Of a DNA stretch of 61,165 nucleotides, positions 27,673 to 61,165 are shown in pieces. This stretch comes from Salpingoeca rosetta. Lineage: Eukaryota; Protista; Choanoflagellata. The translations under genes were made by a program, and so were the position numbers. Each line of letters begins with the position of its first letter. The first letter of the stretch is position 1. The notes under the pieces were generated by a model. It saw nothing but the letters and a program-made list of their open reading frames with translations. It made no database searches and was not told the DNA's origin. Location: positions 504,098 through 565,262 of the forward strand of contig JAWQFM010000023.1 of the NCBI GenBank assembly GCA_033442325.1, written 5' to 3'.

Positions 27673-29007
27673 ACCACAACGCACGTGCACTGTGGGGACG
27701 GAAGAGTCGCAGTTTTCACAAAGGGTCGCGGGCCGGCGTGGTGGTGTGCAGAGGTGAGAGGGTGCAGTGGTGGGGGCTGCTGCACGCGTGGGGGCTGCTG
27801 GCCCATTCCCCACGTGAGCTGATGCGCTCTGGTGCTGTTGCTGAGTGCTGCGGACGTGTTGTCGACCAGCCCACGAAAATGCTGGTACGGCCACGGAATG
27901 TGAACCTGGGGCAGCTGCATTGTCATGGTGCACATATGCTGCTGGCTGATGGCCCGTTGGTTGCCTTGTGGCCGCCGCTCCACTGGTGGATGGCTGCGTC
28001 ACCATGACAGTGCCATCGTTGCTGTCGCTGTCAGCGCTGTATTCGCTGTGCACCTGCAGCGTGTGCGGTACACCTGTTGATGTTTGAGCCGATGACAACG
28101 AGGACGATGATGTGGCTGAAGATGTTGTTGATGATGACATTGAAGGTGACGTTGTAGGTGACATGTCTGTGGAGGTCTCAATGTCATACAGGCGCTGCGC
28201 CAGCTGCTGGCCTTCGGATGTGAGCGAGTACTTGGCGGGGTTGCTGCACTTTGAGATGAGCTGGCGCTTGATGAGGGTGGCCATGCTGTTCCACGCCGTG
28301 TATCGCGAGCCGTTGTCACAAATAGTGAACGATGTGGCGCAGAAGGGCTGCGCGAGCGGGATGAGCTCGCGCTTGGTGACGTAGCCGAGGAACTCTGGGT
28401 TCAGTGACGCCTTGTGCAGTGCAACGAGGAGGGCGTAGGCGCCGGAGTTCTTCCGGGGCACGTAAGGACGTGTTGTCTTTGTCCTCGTTTTTTTGGCTGC
28501 GACCTTTGTCGTCGCTGTTGCCTCGTTGTCTTGTGCACATGCGTTGCTGTCAATCTGCGACAGCGCGGCCCGCTGTGTTCCTTTGGCGCTTGTGTTCTTG
28601 CCTTTCTTCTTCTTGCTGGCCGTGGCTGTTTTCACTCTCTTGCTCACTTGAGACGGGAGCAGGTCATCGTCAAAGTCGTCGTCATCGTCATCATCGTCAT
28701 CATCGTCGTCACCACCGGCATCGGTGTCGTGCTCTGCAAAGTTGGGTATGGGCAGGCCTTCTTCTCGGCAATGGGCCAGAAGTTTCTTGTGCAGGATCTT
28801 GACGGTGCCTTCGCCAATGTAGGGGAGCTTGGCGGCTTGGAACGGCGTGTACAAAGGGGCGCTGTGTGCTCGCAGGCTCTTGACTGCTCGTCCGTACACG
28901 TGTCGGAGTCTGCTGTTGCGTGCCTGCGCCGATGCTTGCAGTTCCTTCACCCACCCGATAAACTCTTTCTTCCAACACCGCACAGCGGCAGTGCCGTTGT
29001 TTGTCAT
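23166..29007 (-). CDS. MUS81: Crossover junction endonuclease MUS81, with an internal B-box
   Basis: N-terminal HhH (YGRAVKSL...[12 protein letters not shown]); winged helix ([16 protein letters not shown]...[16 protein letters not shown]); ERCC4 domain ([45 protein letters not shown]); C-terminal HhH2 ([22 protein letters not shown]). Confidence 0.95.
24062..24204 (+). repeat. (ATGT)n tetranucleotide microsatellite in a MUS81 intron
   Basis: Seen directly. Confidence 0.95.
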
Positions 29008-29057
29008 GTGTTCTGCGTGTGATCTGTTTGTGTTCTGTGTGTGTGTGTGTGTGTGCG

Positions 29058-29139
<82 letters not shown>

Positions 29140-29422
29140 TGATTGGTGCTGCTGAAGCTCATCGACGGTTCAAACGGTTCGCGGACAGTCGAGTATGGAT
29201 TGCCAATTGCAATTCACCAACGTACAATTTGCAACGCATCACCGTTTGTCTCATCTTATCCACCACCACCAGCAGTGCGCACTTATTTCAGCTGTGAACG
29301 TGCGCCTCTGCCTCAAAACAGCCAAACCGGTCACTTTCCCCCATATCCACACCTCCACTTCTTGTTCTCCTTTGTCGTCGTCTGAGCGAGACACACGCAA
29401 CAAGCACACGCACCAGTCAGCC
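29008..29422. promoter_or_regulatory. Divergent promoter region between MUS81 and the SR protein gene
   Basis: Head-to-head ATGs are 415 bp apart. The region contains ATTGG/CCAAT boxes and a CGCG-N-TTTGAA motif on the minus strand. Confidence 0.6.
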
Positions 29423-30820
29423 ATGAGCCGTCGTCGCATCTACGTGGGCAACCTGCCTTACGACATTCGCGAGCGCGAGATTGACGACTTGTTCTACAAG
29501 TTTGGGCGCATTGAGGAGATCACCATCAAGGGGCCCTACGCCTTTGTCTCCTTTGAGGATTCCAGGGACGCCGAGGACGCTGTCCGCCGCAGGGATGGCT
29601 ACGAGTTTGGCGGTGGCCGCCTCAGGTAATGCCGTGTTCCACTGTGTGGTGGTCTTGGAAGTGAGAGCAAATGCCACACAACAGCATGTGGGATTGGTTG
29701 GTTTGAAGCTGAGAGATTGGAAGATTGGGGAGGGAAACAAGAGCGACTGAGCCCACGACATACTCGCTCAGTGACATTGTGTGTGTGTGTGTGTCGAGTA
29801 TTGCGCAGTGTTGTGCTGTGCGCGTCAAGCCAAGCAACCCCCCCTCCCCACTTCAACCAAAGTGAAGGGTTGGTGAGCTGGTGTTGTTGTTGTTGGGCTT
29901 ACCGCTGAAGCGAGTGCACGCTCCACAACTACGACCACAATTGCATGCGTGCGCGCGTGCGTGGTCGTTCTGTGGCGGCTGTCATTTCTCTCTTTGCTTA
30001 TGGCTTGCTTGTGACTTGCTTGTTCTGTGCGGCGTGACTAGTTTCCCGGTTGCCTCTTGGAGTGGGTGCTCGGGATAACTGGCTCGGGGAGGATTGAAGC
30101 ACCATTTTGGCGTTGCGCGTGCACCTGTGGGGTTTCTGGAGCGAGCGGGAGGATGGGACCTTCTCTTTCTCTCTCTCAAGAAGGGTGGACGGGCCGGGCA
30201 ACCAACCACCAGGGCTTTCCTGTTTCGGGCTTTCCCTCGCTGCAACCGAAGGAACTTCTTGGCCGTCCCCTTCTTCAGTCCTCTTTCTTTTCACTTGCAC
30301 GCCCCCCCCCCCTTTTTGTTTGGTGGGGCAAGTGCTGTCTGTTTGTGGCTCTGTTCCTTCCCCACAACGTCTTCAACACTCTCCTGTCCTTCTTCATCTC
30401 TTGCCTCCAATCGCCCAATTCCCCCATCCTTCTCCTTTTGTTCTCCCTTCCTTCTATCATCCTTGTCTCTTCCTTCCTCGAGCTGTTCCCCTTTGCCCTT
30501 TCCTTGCGCTGTCCACCGCCGCTGCTTCACTGGCCGGCTCGCTCGCTCGCTAGAGGAGGAGGAGGAGGAAGGAAGGAAGGAAGGAAGGAAGGACGGAGAC
30601 GAACGGCCACAATCATCTCTGCCCCCACCCCCTCCCACCCACACGCACTCACACCCTCACCAACAGCAAGTCCGTGTTGGGATTGGCTGACCATTGTGCG
30701 TTGTACTGTCATTTTGTGTTTGTCCTGGTTGTGGTTTGTGTCCTCACGCTTGCCTATTCCGCCAGCACCATCTCACCCACGCGCACTTGCACCACTGCCT
30801 CTATCTCGCCCGTTGCTTTA

Positions 30821-30892
<72 letters not shown>

Positions 30893-31497
30893 CTCCCGTG
30901 TGTGCGACTGCATCCGCACTGTGCACATGTAGGGTTGAGTTTGCCAACGGCGGCCGCCGCGAGCGTGGTGCCCGCGCCTTCAACGGCCAGCACTCGGAAT
31001 TCCGCCTGCGCGTGAGCAACCTCCCGCGCACGGCCAGCTGGCAGGACGTCAAGGACTTCTGCCGCGAGGCCGGCGAGGTGCTGTTTGCGGAGGTGTTCCA
31101 TGACGGGACGGGCCTTGTGGAGTTCCGCCGTGAGGACGACATGGAGTGGGCCCTGCGCAACCTCAACGAGCGCAAGCTCCGCTCCCACCTCGGCGACAGC
31201 GACATTGTCACGCTTGTCGAGGACCGTGGTGAGGGCGGCCCGCCACCCCCACGCGACGACCGCTCCCCACGCCGCCGCTCCCTGTCTCCTCGTCCCCGCT
31301 CCCCCTCCCCGCGCCGTCGCTCCCCTTCGCCGCGCCGCCGTTCCCCCTCCCCGCGCCGTCGCTCGCCCTCTCCCCGGCGCCGCTCCCCCTCCCCTCGCCC
31401 CCGCTCTCCGTCTCCACGGCGCGACGACGACGACCGCCGCCGCTCCCGCTCACCCTCTCCACGCAGGGACGACGCGCCCGAGCCCCGCCAGGACTAG
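29423..31497 (+). CDS. SRSF1: Serine/arginine-rich splicing factor, SRSF1 (ASF/SF2)-like
   Basis: Exon 1, 29423-29625, encodes an RRM (IYVGNLP...[16 protein letters not shown]...[11 protein letters not shown]). Exon 2, 30933-31497, encodes VEFA, a pseudo-RRM with SWQDVKD (canonical SWQDLKD) and (RRSPSP)n. Orthology to SRSF1 versus SRSF9 or SRSF4-6 is not resolved. Confidence 0.9.
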
Positions 31498-32100
31498 GCA
31501 GCTTGCCTTGGCGTGGCGTGGGGGCCTCTGGCATGAGGCAGCACCATCACAGGTGCTGCTGCATCTGCTTGGTGCCACACCCCGAGCGTTGACGTACGCA
31601 CCCTCCATCCCCTCTCCTCATCATGCGCTATTGGTTGTGTCACTGTTGGTGCCGTCGTGGTTTTGTCGTCATTGTTGCTGTGGTGCGTTCCCCGCTCCGG
31701 CCAACCACTCCACCACATGTTGATGTTCTTGTTCTTCCTTTGTTTAGCATTTCGTGTGCACACAACAGCCCAGTTGTGTAACGTGTAGGCCCCTCGTCTG
31801 ATGAGTGTCCCTGTTTGTGTGCTGCGTACCTACCTGCTTGCAAGAGTTGCTCTGTGCAGTGCGTTGTTTTGTTGTTTCATGTGATGTGGCACACGCGCAA
31901 CGCCGGATTTCTCCATTGAATTGAACCATACTCAACCCAGCATGTGGTGCGATGTGAAGGGACTTGGCGGAGGTCGAAGGAGAGCGATCAGAGAGGGCAG
32001 ACATGAACGGGCAAAGGACGAACAAGAAGAAGAAGCGAAGCAAACGAAGCAAGGGGGTACACGTGTAAGAGGAACTGAGTGGGTGGTGTTTGGGTTGTGC

Positions 32101-38128
<6,028 letters not shown>

Positions 38129-38384
38129 CGTCGTGTTCCGCGTTGAATGACGCCACGCTTGCGATGCAGTGGTGGAGTGGAGTGTTGTGAGGATGATCTG
38201 AGCAGCGTGCTGTGTTCCAGCTGGCTGGTGTTTTTGTTGTTGTGTTTCTTCCTCGTTGGCAAATTCGCCTTTGCCACACACTTTTTTTGTTGTTTGTTGT
38301 TTGGCGTTTGCCTCGCAACCCACCATCACACACAAGGCTTTGCTATTGGAGGAAGAAGTTCACTTCAATCAATCGATCATCGAT

Positions 38385-38454
<70 letters not shown>

Positions 38455-38626
38455 CACACACACACACAGAGCACACCACACCAGCATTGAGCATTCCATG
38501 TCCCCCCCCCCCCAAAACTCATCTCAAAACGCATCATCTCAGCTACACCACAAGCAATGTGAACCAAACTGCCACACACACAGACACACAGACACACAGA
38601 CACAGAGACACAGAGACACACGAAGC

Positions 38627-54980
<16,354 letters not shown>

Positions 54981-55361
54981 CGTGGCTCGTGTGCGTGTGC
55001 GTGTGTGTGTTGGTCAGCGCGCGCGTGTGTGTGCGTGATGCGCAAGTCGGGTCTGGATGCAGCGTGCGTGCGTGTGCTGTTGTTCACCTTCCACAAAACA
55101 CGTGGGTTAATGAAAAGTTGCCATATCTTCAAAGACCGTGGTTGTGTTGCCGCGGAAATTTCAAATTTCGGGAATCGAAGCAGACGAACAAGCACACACA
55201 GACACACAGACACACAAACATACAGACACAGACACACAGACACACAGACACATACACAGACACACAGACACACAGACACACAGACACACAGACACACAGA
55301 CATACACAGACACATAGACACACACACGCACACAGACACATACACAGACACATAGACACAC

Positions 55362-55407
<46 letters not shown>

Positions 55408-55429
55408 CACACACACAGACCGTTCACAC
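54981..55429. promoter_or_regulatory. Divergent promoter between RRP5 and the coiled-coil gene
   Basis: Head-to-head ATGs are ~450 bp apart. Contains CCGCGGAAATTTCAAATTTCGGGA. Confidence 0.55.
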
Positions 55430-56994
55430 ATGGAAGACAACGGTGAACAAGGGATGATGGGGTCGCCCGGCACCCCAATGGGTGTGCTGCAGGCCGACTT
55501 CCAGCGCCTCATTGATCAGGCCTTGCTGTCACCGGTGGAGAGCACGCCGGGCACAGACGATGCCGCTTCCAGCAAAGCCAGCACGCCGCACCAGCAGCGA
55601 TACGAGCCACAGCAACACCCTCAAATGCACAAGCGCGCGCTGCAGGGCTCCCCTGGCCTCTCGCCCGTCCGCTGGTCACAAGCCTCAATGCAAGTGTATG
55701 AGCTGGACACGCCGGCTGTGATGCGCACAGCAACAAAGCAGTCCACCTCCAGCAGCGTGGCCTCTGCCGTCTCGTATGAGCTTGATGCGGACGCAAGTAC
55801 GTCCCAGATCTTCAACAGCTCAACGCACAGCGAAAACGCGGCCAAGAGCAATTCGTCGACCAACGACAGCTCTGATACCTCCAGCGATGAGTCTGTGGCA
55901 CGCGTGTGGCTGACGGGAGACAAGGAGAACAGCCAGGCCAACGCATCGACCAATAATGACGCCGAGAACAACAGCGCTGTCTCTCGTCGCTTCATCACGC
56001 CCATCATCACGCCATCACCCAACTCCACACCCCCGGCCAGCGTGAAGCTGTGGCGCCACCCGTTTACACCGAGCACAGCCGCAACCCACCGCCAGCAACA
56101 CAACAAAGAGAACGGCAACAACAGCTTCGAGTGTTACAGCGAGAACCACACACCCTCGTCAACAAACCAAGCATCTGACATGCCGCAAACCACACAGCGC
56201 AACGCACGTGGTCAGAAGCCATCCAGCAAGTCCCCATACACCAAGGTGCTCCAGCAAAACAACGGCAGACACGCTCACCGATCCCCACTGGTGAGACTGA
56301 GATATCTGCACATGTTATTTGGTCATGGTCTCGTCCTAGTCGGTGGTTTGGGTGTGTATGTGGACGCCTGTGAATGCGTGCGTGTGTGTTTTTGTGTGTT
56401 TGCGTGTGTGTGTTTCCGTGTGTGCGATGTGGGCGTGTCGGTATGTGGACATGAGTGTGCATGTATTGGTATGTGTGGATGAGCATGTTGTTTGTCCATG
56501 CCTGCATGTGCTCGTGTGTCCAACAACCACGCACACTTGAAGCGAAGTCCGTTCAGCATACCAAGCCGAGCGCAAACGTCATGTAAGCTCACAAACTGCC
56601 TGGGTTTGGTTGCACCTGTGGCAGAGCAACTGCACGACAGCACACAAGACAAGATTCGGCGATGACGAGGAGTACACTTCAACTCGCCCCAAGGGCAACG
56701 CAGCAATCGCCACCACCAGGAGCAGCAACAACAGCGATGACAAGAAAAAGGAGATGCCTGTGGGAGACAGTCTCCGTGACGAGAACGCAGCCGCAGCTGG
56801 AGTACCGCCCGTTCCTTGCCGCAGCAAGAAGCCAGCGCCAAAGCCACTTCCCAAGACTCCAAAAGTGTACGAGAAGGCGCGACAGTACAAGCGCGAGCGC
56901 GAGCAGAAGCAGCGAGTCGCAGAAGTGAAAGTCGACGACAAGTCTTCGCAGCAGCAGCAGAAGGAGGTTGACCAACAGGAACAACACAATGAAG

Positions 56995-57028
<34 letters not shown>

Positions 57029-59243
57029 GGAGCAGCAGGAAGAGTGCGGTCCGGAACATGGCGGCGAGCAGATGCGACCACGACAGAGCAAGCGGCTTGT
57101 GAAGCAGGGTGCGCGTGTGCGGCTGTCGCTGCCAAATGCCAAACAGAAGCTGCGGGCCCCGCCACAGTCCGCACGTGGCATGCACCCGAACGCGCGGGTG
57201 ACGTACCTTGGCGAGCCGTTTGGGACAGCAAGCCGCATTCTGCAATCGGCAAGCAAGAACTGCGCTGGCCGCAACTCGCCACGCACACGCAAGGAGGAGG
57301 AGCAACGCATGCTGAGGCAGCACCTGCGCAGTATGCGCCACTGCACGTTCGCCGAAAAGCTGCGAATCTTCCGCCAAGCAGAGCTGATGTATGGTGGCAT
57401 GGCAAGCCAGATGTCCATGCGCAACGATGGAAGCATGGGCGACGATGAAGACGAGGTCGATGCAACCGAGCAGCCACAGCCTGTGTCGGCTGCACTGGGT
57501 GGGCTTCGAGGCTCTGTGGCCAGCAGAGGTGCACACAAGGCGGCGCGCACACCAGCACACTGGGCAGAGGAACATGACCTGCACAGCACGATCAACGACC
57601 TGTCTGAGCTGTTGGATGTGGACGAGCTCATTGCCCGCCACTCTGCGGACGGCAGTTACGTCAGCTCTGCCAGCTCCCAGACCTCTTCCAACCAATCGGT
57701 ACGTAAGTGGTGTGGCGGTTTGCGTGAGAGAATGAGTTGAGGTGTAAGGTGCAGAGTTGCGCGTAGCTTCCGTAGGCTGTGTGCATGTGTGTATGGATGT
57801 GTGTGTGCGTGCGTGTGTGTGCGTGCGTGTGTGTGTGTAGATGTGCTTTCGTGTGCTTCTATGTGTGAGTGTGTCGCTTGCTATTGTTTGTTGAACGGTG
57901 TCGGTTTTGTTATTTGGTGTGGTGAGACATGCAGCGTCAGTTTTATCCTTTCATCTCACCTGTCTGTGTCTGCGTGTCATTGTCTCTTCACTCTTGTTCA
58001 GGGCGTGAGCGAGGGGCGCGAGGTGTTTGATGACATTGAGCGCCACTTCAACTCCGCCAACACGCTGGCCACCACTCTGATTGAGCGTCTTCGTATGCGT
58101 GCAAGCAACAACAGCAGCACCCTCCTCAGCGGCCTGCGCCAGCGGCTGGGCGACGCAGAGCAGCAGATTGATGCGCTGAAGAAGGACAAGGTGCGGCTGC
58201 AGCGGCAGGTCGACGACGCGTCAAACGAGAACAGGCGCGTGCGTGAGGACCTCGATTGCCTGCAGGCACAGCTGGTGAAGGCGCGCGAAGCGGCAGAGGC
58301 GTGCCGCGACAAACACGCCGAACATGTTCACGAGATGAAGCAGGAGTGGGAGGCTGAGCGCCGGCAGCTTGAGAAGCAGATTAAGCTTGCCAAGCGCGTG
58401 AGCGGCATCATGCTACCAGACCCACAGACTATGTCATCCACCACCACTACCACCAACACGACGGCTGCGACCACAACAGCGGCTACGACTGCGGGTGTGG
58501 AGTTGGCGGATGCGGCGACGCAGAGCAACACATCCACAGCCTCCACCGGTGGCCGTGTTGCTGCAAGCACAAACGACTCTGTCAGCAGCACGCGCAGCAA
58601 CACCGAGTGCAGCCAGCAGGTGATTAGCGAGCAGATGGAGGAAATTGAGAACCTAACGCGGGACATGCGGGCGCTGCGTGAGAAGACAGAGGCTGAGTTG
58701 GGCGCTCTCCGACAAGAACTCGACGCCAAGTCCACCCTCGTTGCAGGTGCGGGGAGAGGTTGGGGGAGGCGGTGAATGGGGTGTGAAACTACGATTGCTC
58801 ACCTTTGGTGTGATGAAGTTTGTGTGTGGGGGGGGGGGGGGGGGTCGGACTGCGTGTCGATGTTTGCCTGTTGATGTTTGCCTGTTTTGTTTCTGTTTTC
58901 GGTTTTGTTTTTGTCCTGTGCTGCATGCAAGGTTGTTTGGACTTGTTTCTCATCAACAAGTGTGGTCTGTGTCCGTATCCGTGCTCGCTGGGCAGAACTG
59001 CAAGGGCAAGTGGACGAAACCACACGTGAGCGCACGCGGGCAGAGGAGGACCTGGCGCAGCTCAAGAAGCACATGGCCACGCGCGATGAAGAGCATCAAC
59101 AAGAGGTGAATGGGTGGTGCTGGGAACAGGGTATTTCCTGAAGGAATTGCACGTGTGTGTGTGTGTGTGCGGTCTCCAGCTTTCTTTGTGCCAAGCCTTG
59201 TCTTGATTGAAAACAGCACAAACATATTTCACCCACCGAAACT

Positions 59244-59291
<48 letters not shown>

Positions 59292-60341
59292 CACGCCGTG
59301 TGGCTTGCAAACACGCTCATACGCTGTATTGCCACGGCCCACTCGTCCCCCCCCCTATCCGCTTGTTTCCCTCACTCCTCCTTTCCCTTGACTCTCGTTC
59401 TCCTATCCCTTTCGTTCCTCGTCCAATCACTGCAACATCAGATTGAGCGAACCCGGCAGGAGCACAACGCGAGGGAGACGGAGCTTGCAAGTCTGGTGAC
59501 GGCGCTTGAAGAGGAGCTGATGGCCACCACGGAGCAGGTGCGCAAGGAGAAGGCGACGCTGATCCAGGCGCTGCGTGACAAGGACGGCGAGCGCCGCGAG
59601 GCTGTGCAGCAGGTCAGCTCTCTCAAGAAACAGGTGCAGTTGCTCATGGAGGAGCAGGAAGCGCGCGAGCGGGAGTATGCCGAGCGCGCGACCGCCGCTG
59701 CTGCCGCCGTTTCTGTTGACGACTCAGACACGGGCTCGTCAGGACCACCACATTCATCGTCATCATCGTCATTGCCTTCACCGCCGCCGGCCAGCAAGGC
59801 GACGCGCGCGCGCGGGCAGCCGGATGCGGGCAGTGGTGAGGAGCAGGACGCGGTGGTGAAGCAGACGCCAGCGTGGCGCAAGCAAGACGCCATGCTGGCA
59901 CTCAACAGCACGGCGGCAGTTGCGAGCACACCCGCACCACACACAGCTGGTGTCGCTGGCAAGAAAGGGAAGAAGGGCAAGTGCAGAGGAAAGGGCAAGA
60001 AGGCGCGCAGCGACCAGCACAGCGTGAGCGCGATTGTTGGCGATGGCGGTGGTGTGGTTCCCATGACAGACCTGGCTGAGTACCGCAACCACCTCATGGA
60101 CATGACGCAGCGCAACGCGTCCACCGTGTCCGCCCCTTGCTTCTACACCAACGACAGCATCGCTGACGACACACGGCTTGGCGGCGACAACGACGATGAC
60201 GATGATGTCGGCGACGACATGAACGAGAGCGCGCACCACCCGAAAGTGTACATCAACCCGCGCATGCGTGAAGGGTTCTTCAAGCGCATGGGTCGGCGCC
60301 TTCGTAGGCGCAAGGACGGGCGCGGCTACCATCACATGTAG
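55430..60341 (+). CDS. Uncharacterised protein: disordered S/T-P-rich N-terminus with KEN boxes, C-terminal coiled coil
   Basis: Long GC-rich exons (~55430-56290, ~56624-57699, 58002-58746, 58997-59105, ~59420-60341) with GT-AG boundaries. Heptad-rich segments ([26 protein letters not shown]...). No family recognised. Confidence 0.7.
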
Positions 60342-60960
60342 ATGGCATGCACGTGCCTGAGTGTTTGCTCGTATTTGTTTGTCTGTTTGTTTGTTTGTTT
60401 GTTTGTGCTTGTGTGTTTGCTTTGTTTGTGTGTGTGTGTGTGTGTGCGCGCGTTCTTGTGTGAGTGTGTGAGTGTGTGGTGTGTGCATGAGTGCTTGTGG
60501 GTTTCTGGTTGTGGTCGTCTGCTTGCATGACGTTGATAGATCTCTGTTCTTGATGATGGTGTCTGCGTGGAAACAGAAAATAGCATGGGCGTTTGTTCAT
60601 CCGTCGCCTTTGTTGCAGCTCACGCAGTGCGTTGCGATGTGTTGCGTTTGCTGTTGGCCGTTCTTGTGTACATTTGCTTGTGTTGTTGTGGCGGTGGAAA
60701 CATGGAGTGTTGCTTGGTCTTATTCCTAACACGATGTTCTTGGTTCGCCACATGTGTCATTTGACGGTTCGCCGTCGCATGGCATGAATGGTGTTTATTT
60801 GCTTGTTGTCAAAGCAAGTACAAGAGCGAGAAACGAGGTCGGGTGCAACATCAATGTGTTGAGAACAGTGCGCAATGATGACAGCTGATGGCAAGTGGGT
60901 AACTCGGGACTAGCGGTGGCGGTAAACGTGAACAGCATCAAAACTAGTGAATTAGGCGTG

Positions 60961-61086
60961 CTATCTTGGGTGGGCGTGCTGGCGCATGTCGGAGAGCAGC
61001 CCTTGCACGGATTCCATCGCGTGTGGGAGTCCAAGGGTGCACGCACTTGCAACGCGGCGCAACAGCAGCTGGTGCTCCGACGTGCG

Positions 61087-61087
<1 letters not shown>
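60961..61087 (-). CDS. Probable terminal exon of a gene continuing beyond the window
   Basis: After a (CA)n intron ending CAG: RTSEHQLLLRRVASACTLGLPHAMESVQGLLSDMRQHAHPR*. The reading frame is not certain. Confidence 0.5.
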
Positions 61088-61159
<72 letters not shown>

Positions 61160-61165
61160 ACGTGT

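Noticed and set aside
31270-31470. Regular tandem repeats (CRISPR-like at a glance)
   Set aside because: They encode the RRSPSP repeats of the SR protein. No spacers or cas genes, and the context is eukaryotic.

Overview
Intron-rich eukaryotic genomic DNA with GT-AG introns full of (CA)n/(GT)n microsatellites. This style strongly suggests a choanoflagellate such as Salpingoeca rosetta (inference, not verified). Positions 1-7000 hold a nested transposon cluster: an apparently intact, intron-containing two-gene PIF/Harbinger element (Myb/SANT-like gene plus DDE transposase, convergent), the 3' end of a Ty1/copia element (RNase H, PPT, LTR), and the 5' end of a second, opposite-strand copia element (LTR edge, tRNA-Met half-molecule PBS, gag). 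Host genes follow: DNAJC21/Jjj1 (+), DNAJC22-like (-), a non-RD STE20-family kinase (-), an LRR-like protein with an acidic tail (+), MUS81 with an internal B-box (-), an SRSF1-like SR protein (+), a PACSIN-type F-BAR/PH/IQ protein (-), RRP5 (-), a KEN-box coiled-coil protein (+), and the last exon of another gene (-). There are three N gaps, and a ~1 kb duplication around the first gap is probably an assembly artefact. Most ORFs in the supplied track are microsatellite noise. Gene models were spliced by hand and domain calls come from motif recognition, not database searches.
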